Origin: Candidatus Eiseniibacteriota bacterium
GTDB lineage: Bacteria; Eisenbacteria; RBG-16-71-46; SZUA-252
Reading direction: 5' to 3'
Length of the DNA: 64,000 nt
Assembly: GCA_031370645.1 (NCBI GenBank)
Contig: JANMQV010000171.1
Location: forward strand, 23,810 to 87,809
Made by a program: the position numbers and the translations under genes. Positions 41,291 to 51,456 of the stretch are shown one piece after another. The notes below the pieces were generated by a model. That model was not told where the DNA came from. It saw only the letters and a list, made by a program, of their open reading frames with translations, and searched no databases. Positions within the stretch are counted from its first letter, which is position 1; every line of letters starts with the position of its first letter.

Positions 41291-43588
41291 TCACGTGAAC
41301 CGCGGTTTGTAGTTATTGAGCAACGAGTACGGATCGGGCCACGGCAGGCGATGCCCGAGTTCGTACGCGGCATGCCGGGTCCAATAGGGATCCCAGAGAT
41401 GCGCGCGCGCCAGGAGGCAGAGGTCGGCCCTCCCCGCCGCCAAGATCGTGTTCACGTCGGCGTAGGACGAAATGGCGCCGACCGCCATCGTGGCAATGCC
41501 GACTTCGTGGCGAATTCGGTCGGCGAACGGCGTCTGGAAGAGCCGGCCGTACTGCGGGCGCTGATCCGCGACCGTCTGCCCCGCCGAGACGTCCACCACA
41601 TCACAATCGTGCGCTTTCAGCAGCCGAGCGACCTCCACCGCGTCCTCCGGCTGATTCCCCGCGGGGTGCCAATCGACGGCCGAGATGCGGACCGACATCG
41701 GCCGCTCCGCCGGCCAGATGGCCCGCACGGCGTCGAAGACCTCGAGCGGAAATCGCATGCGTTGTTCGAGCGAACCGCCGTATTCGTCGGTCCGCAGGTT
41801 GGTGAGCGGTGAAATGAAGCTTGCGAGCAAGTAGCCGTGCGCCATGTGGAGTTCGAGGAGATCGAATCCCGCCTCGATCGCGTACCGGGCGGCGAGCACG
41901 AATTGCTCCTTCACGCGATTCATGTCGGCGCGCGTCATCTCCTGAGGCACTTGGCTGTGCGGATAGAACGGCAGCGGCGACGGCGCCATGATCAGCCACG
42001 CTCCGGCGACGAGCGGCGCGCCGTCCCCTCGCCACGGAACCTCCGTGGCCGCCTTCCTGCCGGCATGCCCGAGCTGCATGGCGATCTTGGCGCGGGACTC
42101 GCCGTGAACGAAGTTAACGATCCGCTTCCACGCGGCGGCGTGTGCCGGCGTATGGAGGCAGGTGCAACCGGGCGAGATGCGCGCTTCGGGGCTCACATCG
42201 GTCATCTCGGCGAAGACGAGCCCGGCACCGCCCAGTGCGCGCGAGCCGAGGTGGACCAGGTGCCAATCGTTCGGCATCCCGTCCTCCGCGGAGTACTGGC
42301 ACATCGGGGAGACGACGACGCGGTTCTCGAGGCGGAGATCGCGAAGACGAAACGGCGTGAAGAGGGGTGGTGGAGCGGCAGCCGTAGGCGACGGAGCGGG
42401 CGCTTCGGCCAACGGCGCCGACCTCACAGGCTCGGGCGCGCCTCCCGACTGCCGGGCGGCCTTCGCCGCGTACCAGGCATCCACCCGCGCGACCAGGATC
42501 GGATCGCGCAACTTCAGATTCTCGTGCGTCACGCGAAGGCTGCGCGTCAGGAGCGTGAAGGCGAATTCCAGCGGCTCCACGTCCATGTAACGTTCCGTCT
42601 CCTCGAACCACTCGAGGCTCGCCTGTGCCGCTCGCTGAAGACTCTCGACACCGGGGCGGCGGGCCGCCTCGTATGCCGCGAGCGCGTCGGGGATGGAAGC
42701 GTGGTCGCGAAGCGACTGGGCCAGGGCGATCGAGTCTTCCATGGCGAGTTTCGTCCCGGATCCGACGGAGAAATGAGCGGTGTGCGCGGCGTCTCCGACC
42801 AGCACCAGGTTTCCATGGGACCAACGCTCGTTTCGGATCGTGGGAAAACTCCGCCAGATCGACCGATTCGAGAGAAGTGGAACCCCCGCCAATTCCTCGG
42901 CGAAGAGCTGCTGGCAGAACTCGATCGAGTCCTTCTCGTTCGCCGATGCCAGTCCGGCCGCCCGCCAGGTCTCTTCGCGCGCCTCCACGATGAACGTCGA
43001 CATCCCCGGTTCGTACTGGTAGGCGTGGACGCGCCAGAGTCCATGGGAGTCGGACTTGAAGTAGAAGGTGAAAGCCGGAAAGGGCTTCGTCGTGCCGAGC
43101 CAGACAAACCTGTTCGGCCGAATGTCGATGAAGGGTCGAAAGTGCTTCTCGTAGCGCTCACGGATCGGCGAGTTCACGCCATCCGCGGCAAGGATGATGT
43201 CGGCGTCCTTCAGCGTCTCCGGGTCGGAGATTTCGCGGTTGAAGCAGAGCTGAACACCCACTTCGCGGCAGCGATCGGCGAGGATGGCCAGGAGCGTCTT
43301 CCGCGAGAGTCCGGAGAATCCGTGCCCCGTCGAGGTGATCGTTTCGCCCCGGTAATGGATCTCGATGTCGTCCCAACGATGGCAGCGCGCCGCCATGGCG
43401 GCGATCACTTCGGGATCGGCATGCTCCAGCGCTGCTTCGGTCGCGTCGGAGAAGACGACGCCGAATCCGAACGTGTCGTGGAGATGGTTCCGCTCATAGA
43501 CGGTCACCTCGTGACGGGGATCTTGCTTTTTTAGGAGGAGCGCAAAGAAGAGCCCGGCCGGCCCCCCGCCGATCGAGACGGCCTTCAC
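41291..43588 (-). CDS. abmA: 2-aminobenzoyl-CoA monooxygenase/reductase (salicylyl-CoA 5-hydroxylase family)
   Basis: [33 protein letters not shown], plus OYE domain SPMCQY, HAGRK, HMAHGYL. Confidence 0.93.
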   Translation of the reverse strand: MKAVSIGGGPAGLFFALLLKKQDPRHEVTVYERNHLHDTFGFGVVFSDATEAALEHADPEVIAAMAARCHRWDDIEIHYRGETITSTGHGFSGLSRKTLLAILADRCREVGVQLCFNREISDPETLKDADIILAADGVNSPIRERYEKHFRPFIDIRPNRFVWLGTTKPFPAFTFYFKSDSHGLWRVHAYQYEPGMSTFIVEAREETWRAAGLASANEKDSIEFCQQLFAEELAGVPLLSNRSIWRSFPTIRNERWSHGNLVLVGDAAHTAHFSVGSGTKLAMEDSIALAQSLRDHASIPDALAAYEAARRPGVESLQRAAQASLEWFEETERYMDVEPLEFAFTLLTRSLRVTHENLKLRDPILVARVDAWYAAKAARQSGGAPEPVRSAPLAEAPAPSPTAAAPPPLFTPFRLRDLRLENRVVVSPMCQYSAEDGMPNDWHLVHLGSRALGGAGLVFAEMTDVSPEARISPGCTCLHTPAHAAAWKRIVNFVHGESRAKIAMQLGHAGRKAATEVPWRGDGAPLVAGAWLIMAPSPLPFYPHSQVPQEMTRADMNRVKEQFVLAARYAIEAGFDLLELHMAHGYLLASFISPLTNLRTDEYGGSLEQRMRFPLEVFDAVRAIWPAERPMSVRISAVDWHPAGNQPEDAVEVARLLKAHDCDVVDVSAGQTVADQRPQYGRLFQTPFADRIRHEVGIATMAVGAISSYADVNTILAAGRADLCLLARAHLWDPYWTRHAAYELGHRLPWPDPYSLLNNYKPRFT

Positions 43589-44763
43589 GAAGCCGCGTCC
43601 TCGCTCAAGAGCGCGCCCGCGATGACGAGATGCTGGATCTCGGTCGTTCCTTCGTAGATTCGAAGCGCGCGGACGGAACGGTAGAGCCGATCGACTGGGT
43701 GAGACGCCAGGACTCCCGTGCCGCCCAGAATCTGAACGGCGTCGTCCACGATTCGCTGCGCCGCCTCGGTCGCGTACGATTTCGCCATGGCCGCTTCGAG
43801 GGTCACGCGTTCGGCTCCCTGATCGGCGGCCCACGCCGCGCGGTAGACGAGGAGTCTTGCCGCCGTCAGCTCGGTCGCCATGCGCGCCAGTTTCTCCTGC
43901 ACCAGTTGGAACTCGGCGAGCGGCTTTCCGAACTGTCGCCGCTCCTTCGCGTGAAGGATCGCCTCTTCCAGCGCGCGCGCTGCCATCCCGCAGGCCGCGG
44001 CACCAACGGTGGCGCGGAGGCGGTCGAGCGTCTTCAACCCGAGTCCGAAGCCGCGTCCTTCCTCTCCGAGGCGATTCGCCGCCGGAACGCGGCAGTCGTC
44101 GAACGCGATCTCGCCGAGAGGGTGCGGCGAGGAGAGGACCTGCGCCTTCACGAACCGAAGCCCCGGCGTGCCGGCGGGAACGACGAGGCAGGAGATTCCC
44201 TTCCCTTTGGCGGCGGTATCGGTGGAGGCGAAGACGGTGTAGAAGTCGGCGATGCCGGCGTTCGAGATGAAGGTCTTCCCACCGCTCAGCACGTACGCAT
44301 CGCCGTCGCGGCGCGCGGTCGTCGCGATCGCGGCCACGTCGGATCCGGCGCCCGGCTCCGTCATCGCGAAGGCGGCCATCGCGCGGCCCGCGAGCGCGGG
44401 CTCGGCGAATTCAGCCTTGAGTCGCGCGTCGCCCGCCAGAAGAATCGGAAGCGTTCCGAGTCCTTGAAGCGCGAAGACCGCGTCGGCCAGCGGCGACGAC
44501 GCGCCCAGCGATTCACGAGCCAGACAGCAGCCCCGCCAGTCTTGCCGGCGGATCGCCTCGAACCATCCCGCCTCCCCCAGCCGCCCGAGGATCGCCCGGG
44601 CGTCGCCACGCGCCGCCTCGTCGTTCGCGGGTTCCGCCCGAGTCGCGAGATTCGACGACGCGAACGCGCCGAAGGTTCCCGCGAGCGCCAGGTGCTGGAG
44701 TTCCAGGAACGCGCGGATCGGCCGAACGTCCGGGGTCGGGGACGTGCCCTTGAATCCGCTCAT
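43585..44763 (-). CDS. Acyl-CoA dehydrogenase (AbmD-like)
   Basis: [31 protein letters not shown]. Confidence 0.93.
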   Translation of the reverse strand: MSGFKGTSPTPDVRPIRAFLELQHLALAGTFGAFASSNLATRAEPANDEAARGDARAILGRLGEAGWFEAIRRQDWRGCCLARESLGASSPLADAVFALQGLGTLPILLAGDARLKAEFAEPALAGRAMAAFAMTEPGAGSDVAAIATTARRDGDAYVLSGGKTFISNAGIADFYTVFASTDTAAKGKGISCLVVPAGTPGLRFVKAQVLSSPHPLGEIAFDDCRVPAANRLGEEGRGFGLGLKTLDRLRATVGAAACGMAARALEEAILHAKERRQFGKPLAEFQLVQEKLARMATELTAARLLVYRAAWAADQGAERVTLEAAMAKSYATEAAQRIVDDAVQILGGTGVLASHPVDRLYRSVRALRIYEGTTEIQHLVIAGALLSEDAAS

Positions 44764-45563
44764 CCGGTGAACCTCGCGTCCCGCTTGTCGCGGAAGGCCT
44801 CGTAGGCTTCGCGGAAGTTCGGATGCAGCATCAACTCCGCCTGCGCGTCCGCTTCGTAGCGGAGCGCTTGGTCGAGCGTCATCGTGAATTCCAGATCGAG
44901 CGCCGCCTTCGTCACCGCGAGCGCCGAGGCGGGCCCGCGCGCGAGACGCGCGGCGAGCGCGGTCGCCTCGGCGAGGAGTTGCTCGCCCGGCACGACGCGC
45001 TGATAGAGCCCGATCTCCAGCGCGCGCTTCGCGTCGATGAAATCGCCGGTCATCAAGAGTTCCGTCGCCCGCCCGAGCCCCACGATACGCGGCAGGAGCC
45101 ACGACGCGCCCATGTCGGCGCCCGAGAGCCCGACCCGCACGAAGAGGTAGGCGATCTTCGCCGTCTCCGACGCGATCCGAAGATCGCAGGCGGTGGCGAT
45201 CACCGCGCCGGCGCCGGCGACGGTGCCGTTCAACGCGGCGATGACCGGCCGGCGACAGCGGCGGATGTTGGCGATCACGTCGCACGTCATGCGGGTGAAT
45301 TCTCGAAGCCCCTCGGCGTCGCGGGCGAAGAGCGCGCCGATGATGTCCTCCACGTCGCCGCCGGAGCAAAACCCCTTCCCCGAGCCGGTCAGGACCACGG
45401 CGCGCACGCCCGGCGCCGTATCGAGTTCGCGGAACGTGTCGCGGAGTTCGCCATAGACCTCGAACGTGAGGGCGTTCAGGCGATCGGGCCGGTTGAGCGT
45501 GATCGTGGCGACGCCGGTCGCCAGGTCGTGCGCATAGAGGAATGACTTCGGACGGATCGCCAT
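44760..45563 (-). CDS. Enoyl-CoA hydratase family (AbmC-like)
   Basis: LNRPDRLNAL, FCSGGDV, AGAG, GLSGADMG. Confidence 0.93.
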   Translation of the reverse strand: MAIRPKSFLYAHDLATGVATITLNRPDRLNALTFEVYGELRDTFRELDTAPGVRAVVLTGSGKGFCSGGDVEDIIGALFARDAEGLREFTRMTCDVIANIRRCRRPVIAALNGTVAGAGAVIATACDLRIASETAKIAYLFVRVGLSGADMGASWLLPRIVGLGRATELLMTGDFIDAKRALEIGLYQRVVPGEQLLAEATALAARLARGPASALAVTKAALDLEFTMTLDQALRYEADAQAELMLHPNFREAYEAFRDKRDARFTG

Positions 45564-45974
45564 CTAACGAGTTCCCCCGATGACCGCCGTCGCTTCCATC
45601 TCGACCACGGCCCCCCGGTCGACGAGCCCCTTCACTTCCAGGAGCGCCACGGCCGGGAAATGTTTCCCCATCCGCTCGCGCCAGATGGCGCCGATCGCTT
45701 TCCGGCTCTCACGGTAGGCGGCGAGATCGACGACATAGATCGTGAGTCTCGCCAGGTCGGCGGGACTGCCCCCCGCGGCCGCGACAATGGCAAGGACGCG
45801 GTCGAGCGCGCGCGCGAACTGTCCGGTGAAATCGGGAGGCGTTCCCGGCGCGTCTTCCTCCCAACCAGCTTGCCCGGCGATGAAGAGGACGCGCCCGTCG
45901 CCTGGCGCGAGGAGCCCGTTGTTCCAGCCGTTCGGCACGCCGAGGGCCGGCGGATTGACGATGTCGAAGTTCAT
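45564..45974 (-). CDS. RidA/YjgF family protein (AbmF-like)
   Basis: LFIAGQ, HFPA, VEMEATA. Confidence 0.88.
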   Translation of the reverse strand: MNFDIVNPPALGVPNGWNNGLLAPGDGRVLFIAGQAGWEEDAPGTPPDFTGQFARALDRVLAIVAAAGGSPADLARLTIYVVDLAAYRESRKAIGAIWRERMGKHFPAVALLEVKGLVDRGAVVEMEATAVIGGTR

Positions 45975-46756
45975 CGCGTCGTGGATCCTCCATCGAGAAC
46001 GATCGTTCGGCCCGTCGTGCCGGCCGCCTCGTCGAGGCAGAGACGGCGCACCTCGGCGGCAATTTCCTCCGGCGTCACGAGCCGCGCCTGCCCGCTCGTG
46101 GCGAGCATGGCCGCTACGGCTCCGGCGGCGTCAAGGCCGGTGTGCTTCGAAACGTCTTGCACGGTCCGTTCGGTGAGGGGGGTGTCGGCGTATCCAGGAC
46201 AGACGGCATTCACCGTCACGCCCCGATCCGCCAGTTCCATCGCGATCGAACGGGTGAAACCGATCACGGCATGCTTGGCGGCCGAGTAGTGGGCGATGTA
46301 TCTCCCACCCTCGAGCCCGGCGGTGGAGGCGATATTCACGATCCGCCCGCGCCCGCGCGCCACCATCTCCGGCACGAACTCGCGCGTGCAGAGAAAGGTA
46401 CCCGTGGCGTTCACGGCGAGCATGCGATTCCACTCGGCGAGCGACATCTTCGAGAGCGGCGCGGAGGCCGCGTCGCCGGCGTTGTTGATCAAGATCTCCA
46501 CCCCGCCCAGATGGCGGCGCGCCTCTTCGCCCAGCCGGCGCACGCTCGCTTCGTCGGTGACGTCGCCGACAACCGACCAAGCGCGCGCGTCAAACGCGCG
46601 GAGCGATACCGCCACCGCCTCGATTTCCTCAGCACTACGGGCGGAGACGACGATGGAAGCACCGGCCTCGGCGAGCGCTCGGGCGATGGCGGCGCCGATG
46701 CCGCGGCCTCCCCCCGTCACGACCGCGCCGCGTCCCGCGAGAGGTGTCGACTTCAC
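45971..46756 (-). CDS. SDR oxidoreductase (AbmB-like)
   Basis: TGGGRGIG, NNAG, YSAAK, NAVCPG. Confidence 0.92.
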   Translation of the reverse strand: MKSTPLAGRGAVVTGGGRGIGAAIARALAEAGASIVVSARSAEEIEAVAVSLRAFDARAWSVVGDVTDEASVRRLGEEARRHLGGVEILINNAGDAASAPLSKMSLAEWNRMLAVNATGTFLCTREFVPEMVARGRGRIVNIASTAGLEGGRYIAHYSAAKHAVIGFTRSIAMELADRGVTVNAVCPGYADTPLTERTVQDVSKHTGLDAAGAVAAMLATSGQARLVTPEEIAAEVRRLCLDEAAGTTGRTIVLDGGSTTR

Positions 46757-47520
46757 GCGCGCTCCGATCCGGCGAGCGCTTCCGCGACCGCCTCGGCGAG
46801 AATGTCGCCGAGCGTCGCGATCGTCGCGGCTCCCTCGGCGGCCGTCGCGTCGGCGGGCCAACCGAAGTAGGCGCGCGGGCCGCCCGCCTCTTCAAAGGTC
46901 CTCATCCCGCCGCGGATCGCGGTCGAGAGCGATGCGGGGTTCGGCTCGAGCGCGCGCCGGATCTCCTCGCGAACCAGATCGGGACGCGCGGCCATCACCA
47001 TGGAACCCTCGTAACGTCCGGCATGACAGGCGCCGGTCTGAAACTCTTCGCTGAGGCGGCTTGCCCACGACTTTCGCGTGAGATCGGGGGCGACGAGCGG
47101 CACGTATTCCGCCTCCATCGCCGCCGTCTGAGCGGCTGCGATGGAGCCGAGATGCGCGGGGTCGAGGTGTGCGTTCGCGATCGCGAGCACCGCGGCACCG
47201 CGCGTGGTGAGGGCGCGCGCGAGATCGAGCAGCATGGCCGTGACGGTCCCGGGCGAGATCGAGAGCGTCCCCGGAAATCCTTCCGCGAAAGGCGCGGCGG
47301 TATAGGAGAGCGAAGGCAAGAGAAGCGCCGTGAGCCCGCGTGCCGCGAGGCGATCGGCCCCCGCGCGTGCCATCGCCTCGGCGATGATCACGTCGGTGGC
47401 GAGAGGAAGATGAGGGCCGTGCGCTTCGATCGCGCCGACGGGGAGGATGGCGACGCAGCGCGCGAGGTCGAGGCCCTTGGCCTCTTCCCACGTCATCGTC
47501 CCCCACTCCCACAGCGGCAT
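46753..47520 (-). CDS. Creatininase-family amidohydrolase
   Basis: MTWEE, LPVGAIEAHGPHLPLATD, FPGTLSI, NAH, HAGRYE. Confidence 0.9.
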   Translation of the reverse strand: MPLWEWGTMTWEEAKGLDLARCVAILPVGAIEAHGPHLPLATDVIIAEAMARAGADRLAARGLTALLLPSLSYTAAPFAEGFPGTLSISPGTVTAMLLDLARALTTRGAAVLAIANAHLDPAHLGSIAAAQTAAMEAEYVPLVAPDLTRKSWASRLSEEFQTGACHAGRYEGSMVMAARPDLVREEIRRALEPNPASLSTAIRGGMRTFEEAGGPRAYFGWPADATAAEGAATIATLGDILAEAVAEALAGSERA

Positions 47521-47620
47521 CGAAGGAAACTCCCCTGTCATGGGCCCGGCAGTCCGGTCAGTCCGGGGTTGCCAGCCGCCCGGCCGGCGTCCATATTGGG
47601 CGGCGAACGGGAAACGTACC

Positions 47621-49141
47621 ATGACCATCGAGCCGCCGGAACGCCGGAACATCGCCGACCTTTTCCTCGACGCCCGCCTCCGGGAAGGGCGCGGGGATCG
47701 CCCCGCCATCCTCACCGACTCCCGCGCCTGGACCTACGCCGAGATTCACGAACTCGCGAACCGCTACGGGCACCTTCTCGAGGGTTTCGGCGCCGGCCCC
47801 GACGACCGCATCGTCATTGCCCTTCCCGACGGCCCGGACTACGTCGCCGCCCTCTTCGGAACGCTCAAGATCGGCGCGATCGTCGTGATGGTGAATCCGG
47901 GGCTTCCCGCGTCCGATCTCGCGATTCTGCTCGACTACACGCGCGCGCGCTTCGTCGTCACCGACGCGACCGCCGCCGCGGCCTTCCGGGAGGCGACGCG
48001 CAGTTCCCGCGCGATCCGGGGCTTGATCGAGGTCGGCACGGCCGACTTCACGCGGCGGCTCGGGGAGGCCCCCCCCCTGCTCGAGACGTTCCCGTCGCAC
48101 CCCGACGATCCAGCGATCTGGCTCTTCTCGGGCGGGACGACCGGGCGCCCCAAGGCGGTCATCCAATCGCATCGATCCTTCGCCTTCACGACCGAGCGAT
48201 ACGGACTCGGAGTCCTCGGCTACACGGAGCGCGAGATCACGATCTCGGTCCCGAAGCTCTATTTCGGATACGCCACCGGCTCGAATCTCTTCTTCACCTT
48301 CGCCGCCGGCGGTACCTCGGTCCTCTTCCCCGAGGCGGTCACCGCGGAAATCCTCTTCGAGAAGGTTCGCCGTCACCGCGCAACCGTCTTGGTAAACGTT
48401 CCCACGATGATCCAGAAACTCGTGTCGCACGAGCGGGCGTCGTCCGGCGATTTCGCCTCGCTCCGCCTCGCGACCTCCGCCGGCGAGGCGCTCCCGGTGG
48501 AGCTCTACGAGCGTTGGAAGGCGACGTTCGGCGCCGAGCTACTGGACGGCCTTGGGACGGCCGAGATGTGGCACATCTTCATCTCGAATCGCCCGGGTCT
48601 CGTGAAGCCGGGCACGCTCGGGACGGTCGTTCCCGGCTTTGAGATCAAGGCGTGCGACGAGGAGGAGCGCGAGTTACCGGCCGGCGAAACGGGGTGGCTC
48701 TGGGTGCGAGGTGGCGCGCGAGCGATCGCTTACTGGCAGCATCAGGAGAAGACCGAACAGGCATTCCGCGGCGAGTGGTACGTCTCGGGCGATCTCGTGG
48801 CGATCGACGCGGAGGGATTCGTCACCTACCACGGGCGGGGCGACGAACTGTTGAAGGTGGGTGGAAAGTGGCTCGCGCCGCAGGAGGTGGAGGGGTGCCT
48901 GCTCCTGCATCCGGCGGTCGCGGAGGCCGCCGTCGTCGGCGTGGCCGACGCGAACGGGCTCGTGAAGCCGGTGGCCCCCGTGGTGGCGCGCGAGCGAAGC
49001 GCCACGCTCGCCGAGGAATTGAAGACGTTCGTCCGCGAGCGGCTCGCGCCCTACAAGCATCCGAGGGAAATTTTCTTCGTCGATTCGCTCCCCCGCACCC
49101 ACCTGGGAAAAGTGGATCGCGGGAAACTGCGCCGCTCCTAG
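47621..49141 (+). CDS. Benzoate/2-aminobenzoate-CoA ligase family
   Basis: FSGGTTGRPK, PKLYFGY, SAGEALP, DGLGTAE, SGD, GR.D..LK, PRTHLGK. Confidence 0.9.
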   Translation: MTIEPPERRNIADLFLDARLREGRGDRPAILTDSRAWTYAEIHELANRYGHLLEGFGAGPDDRIVIALPDGPDYVAALFGTLKIGAIVVMVNPGLPASDLAILLDYTRARFVVTDATAAAAFREATRSSRAIRGLIEVGTADFTRRLGEAPPLLETFPSHPDDPAIWLFSGGTTGRPKAVIQSHRSFAFTTERYGLGVLGYTEREITISVPKLYFGYATGSNLFFTFAAGGTSVLFPEAVTAEILFEKVRRHRATVLVNVPTMIQKLVSHERASSGDFASLRLATSAGEALPVELYERWKATFGAELLDGLGTAEMWHIFISNRPGLVKPGTLGTVVPGFEIKACDEEERELPAGETGWLWVRGGARAIAYWQHQEKTEQAFRGEWYVSGDLVAIDAEGFVTYHGRGDELLKVGGKWLAPQEVEGCLLLHPAVAEAAVVGVADANGLVKPVAPVVARERSATLAEELKTFVRERLAPYKHPREIFFVDSLPRTHLGKVDRGKLRRS

Positions 49142-49153
49142 AAGTAGCCCGCC

Positions 49154-49178
49154 GCCGCGGAGGGGAAACCCCCGCGGC
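49154..49178. terminator. GAAA-tetraloop hairpin between convergent genes
   Basis: GCCGCGG-A-GGG-GAAA-CCC-CCGCGGC. Confidence 0.5.
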
Positions 49179-49207
49179 CCGTCGTCTGTTGGGCCCGTGC
49201 GCGACTA

Positions 49208-49876
49208 CTAGTAGAGTCCGGGAGCGAGGCGCGGGGTGCGCTTCATGTACTCGCGATAGTCCTCGCCGAATTCCTGCGACATGAACGCCTCTTCCACGTC
49301 CATCCGGCGCTTGAACATCCAGAAGACGACCGGCATCAGCAGAAGCGCGATCGAACTGCGGAAGATGCCCGCGAAGCCGAGATCCATGAGCAGAATTCCG
49401 ACGTACGAGGGATGGCGGACGAAACCATAGAGCCCGCTCGTCTCGAGCGCGTGCCCTTCCTGGCGCGCCACGACGGAGGCGAATCGCTTCCCGAGGATCA
49501 TCATCGGCCAGATGCGGAGCGCGGCCCCGCACGCGAGAAAGACGAGCCCGACCCAGCGGAGGTAGTCGCCGCCGTAGAGCACCCAGATTCCGCGCGCGTC
49601 CATGTAGGGCATCACCCACGCGGTGAAGAGCGAGTGGAACATGAGGAGCGGAAAGAACGGCTTCCAGTCCGCCTGGTGCTTCTCACCGCGGCTTCGCCCC
49701 GAGGTGGAGAAGGTCATCACGGGGAGCATGAGGAAGTGGATGACCACCACGCCCACGCGCACCGGGTGGGCGAAGAATCCGGCCCAGCTCCCCCACGCCA
49801 TCACCATGAGGAGGAGGAAGAGAACGACGTTCATCGGAATGCCGATCAGTTGCTTCATGGAAATGGAGTTCGACAT
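49208..49876 (-). CDS. Isoprenylcysteine carboxyl methyltransferase (ICMT/STE14) family membrane protein
   Basis: H.L.TSGLYGFVRHPSY.G, EE..M...FGEDY..Y...TPR. Confidence 0.88.
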   Translation of the reverse strand: MSNSISMKQLIGIPMNVVLFLLLMVMAWGSWAGFFAHPVRVGVVVIHFLMLPVMTFSTSGRSRGEKHQADWKPFFPLLMFHSLFTAWVMPYMDARGIWVLYGGDYLRWVGLVFLACGAALRIWPMMILGKRFASVVARQEGHALETSGLYGFVRHPSYVGILLMDLGFAGIFRSSIALLLMPVVFWMFKRRMDVEEAFMSQEFGEDYREYMKRTPRLAPGLY

Positions 49877-50099
49877 GCTCCCCCCCTGATTCATGGCTTC
49901 GATTCCACGACCTATCCAGGGAATATCGGCAGAGGATTCGGGATCGGGAGGGGGAAGAGGAAGAATCACGTCGCTTATAAATTAATGCGGCACAGCATGA
50001 TATCGATATTGCTTCATCAATCGAAAGACCCGCGTGCGCGGGGCGTCGAGCCTGTTTCCCCGGTTTTATTGACCCCCAGCTTCGTCGTAGACTCCCCGC

Positions 50100-50564
50100 A
50101 TGAGAGTGACCGACCGATCAGGCGGGCGCGGGAAGCGGCGGGGCTGGGGCCTGGCGGCCACAAGCGTTGGCGTGTGCCTCGTGGCGATGTTGGTGGCGGG
50201 ATGCGCGTCCCAGCGTGTCCCACCGTACGAACAGGGAGCCGACCGCTATCGCTTCACGATTCAGCTCACGCAGCGCCTCGGAGAAACGGGGACCTGCTCA
50301 GCGGCCGTGGCGGTGACCGACCTCGCCGCGAAGCGGAAACTCGCGAACCCTCTCTACACGGCGCCCTGGGGCGCCACGGCAGAGAGCTCTGCGGTCGACT
50401 CGACCTACGGCGCGCGTCTCGAGGCTACCGTTTCGGTGTCGGGAGACGGCTCGAAGGGAGAATGTCGCGCGGTACTCCACCGCGGAGACGCCATCATCGC
50501 CTCCCGCGCCGCGACGATTCCCGTCGTGGTGGTGCGGAAGTCCTCGCGAATCAAGTTTCAATAG
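50100..50564 (+). CDS. Hypothetical lipoprotein
   Basis: Basic N-terminus, hydrophobic core, VAGC lipobox, two further Cys. Confidence 0.6.
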   Translation: MRVTDRSGGRGKRRGWGLAATSVGVCLVAMLVAGCASQRVPPYEQGADRYRFTIQLTQRLGETGTCSAAVAVTDLAAKRKLANPLYTAPWGATAESSAVDSTYGARLEATVSVSGDGSKGECRAVLHRGDAIIASRAATIPVVVVRKSSRIKFQ

Positions 50565-50613
50565 CCCTCGACATCCGGCTCCGGCGCGCCGCGCGGAGCC
50601 GTTCGCTCCGCCG

Positions 50614-51456
50614 CTACTCCGCGGGAAGTTCCCGCGCCGCTTCCGGCGTTCCCACCGCCGGCCAGATCCCCGCCGATGCCGGATAGTTCGATCCCATTCC
50701 CGGCGCGTCCTCCGGTGGTCGGCGATAGATGACCCCAAGCGCGAATCGCTCCTGGCGAACGATTTCCATGGCGCGCGAGAGGTCCGTGGGTTCGTATTCC
50801 GGCGGAAGGATGTCGCAGCGCTGATAAATCGTTTCCCCATACGTCGGGCCTTGATACGTCACGCAGCCGGCAAGCACGTGGAGGAACGAGAAGCCGCGAT
50901 AGGCGATCGCGGCGCGGAACATCTCGCGAAGGTGCGGCAGATTTCCCGCGTGCGTTCGCGCGACGAAGCCGCAGCCGCTGCTCAGGACCAGGAGCACCGG
51001 ATTGAGCGGACGCTCCTCGACGCCGGCCAGTCCCCGATCCCGCTTGAACTCCTCGGTGGAGGTGGGCGACGCCTGTCCCTTGGTGAGTCCGTAGATCCCA
51101 TTGTCGAGAACGGCGTAGGTGAGGTCGACGTTTCGCCGCACGGCGTGGGGGATGTGACCGAGCCCGATCGAGAAGCCGTCCCCGTCCCCGCCCACGACGA
51201 CGGTCGTGATGTCGGGGCGCGCGAATTTGAGACCGCTCGCGATCGGGAGCGCGCGGCCGTGGACCGAATTGAACGCGTAGGAGCGCGTGTAGCCGGGGAG
51301 CCGGCTCGAGCAGCCGATTCCCGAGATGATCGCCAGTCGCTCCGGCGCGATGTCGAGATCGGCGAGCGCCGTCGTGAGCCCCTTCAGGACTCCGAAGTCG
51401 CCGCAGCCGTTGCACCACACCGGCTCGAGCGCGGAACGATAATCTTTCGCCTTCAT
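50614..51456 (-). CDS. korB: 2-oxoacid (2-oxoglutarate-type):ferredoxin oxidoreductase beta subunit
   Basis: WCNGCG, SGIGCS, HGRA, GDGD...DNGIYGLTKGQ. Confidence 0.92.
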   Translation of the reverse strand: MKAKDYRSALEPVWCNGCGDFGVLKGLTTALADLDIAPERLAIISGIGCSSRLPGYTRSYAFNSVHGRALPIASGLKFARPDITTVVVGGDGDGFSIGLGHIPHAVRRNVDLTYAVLDNGIYGLTKGQASPTSTEEFKRDRGLAGVEERPLNPVLLVLSSGCGFVARTHAGNLPHLREMFRAAIAYRGFSFLHVLAGCVTYQGPTYGETIYQRCDILPPEYEPTDLSRAMEIVRQERFALGVIYRRPPEDAPGMGSNYPASAGIWPAVGTPEAARELPAE

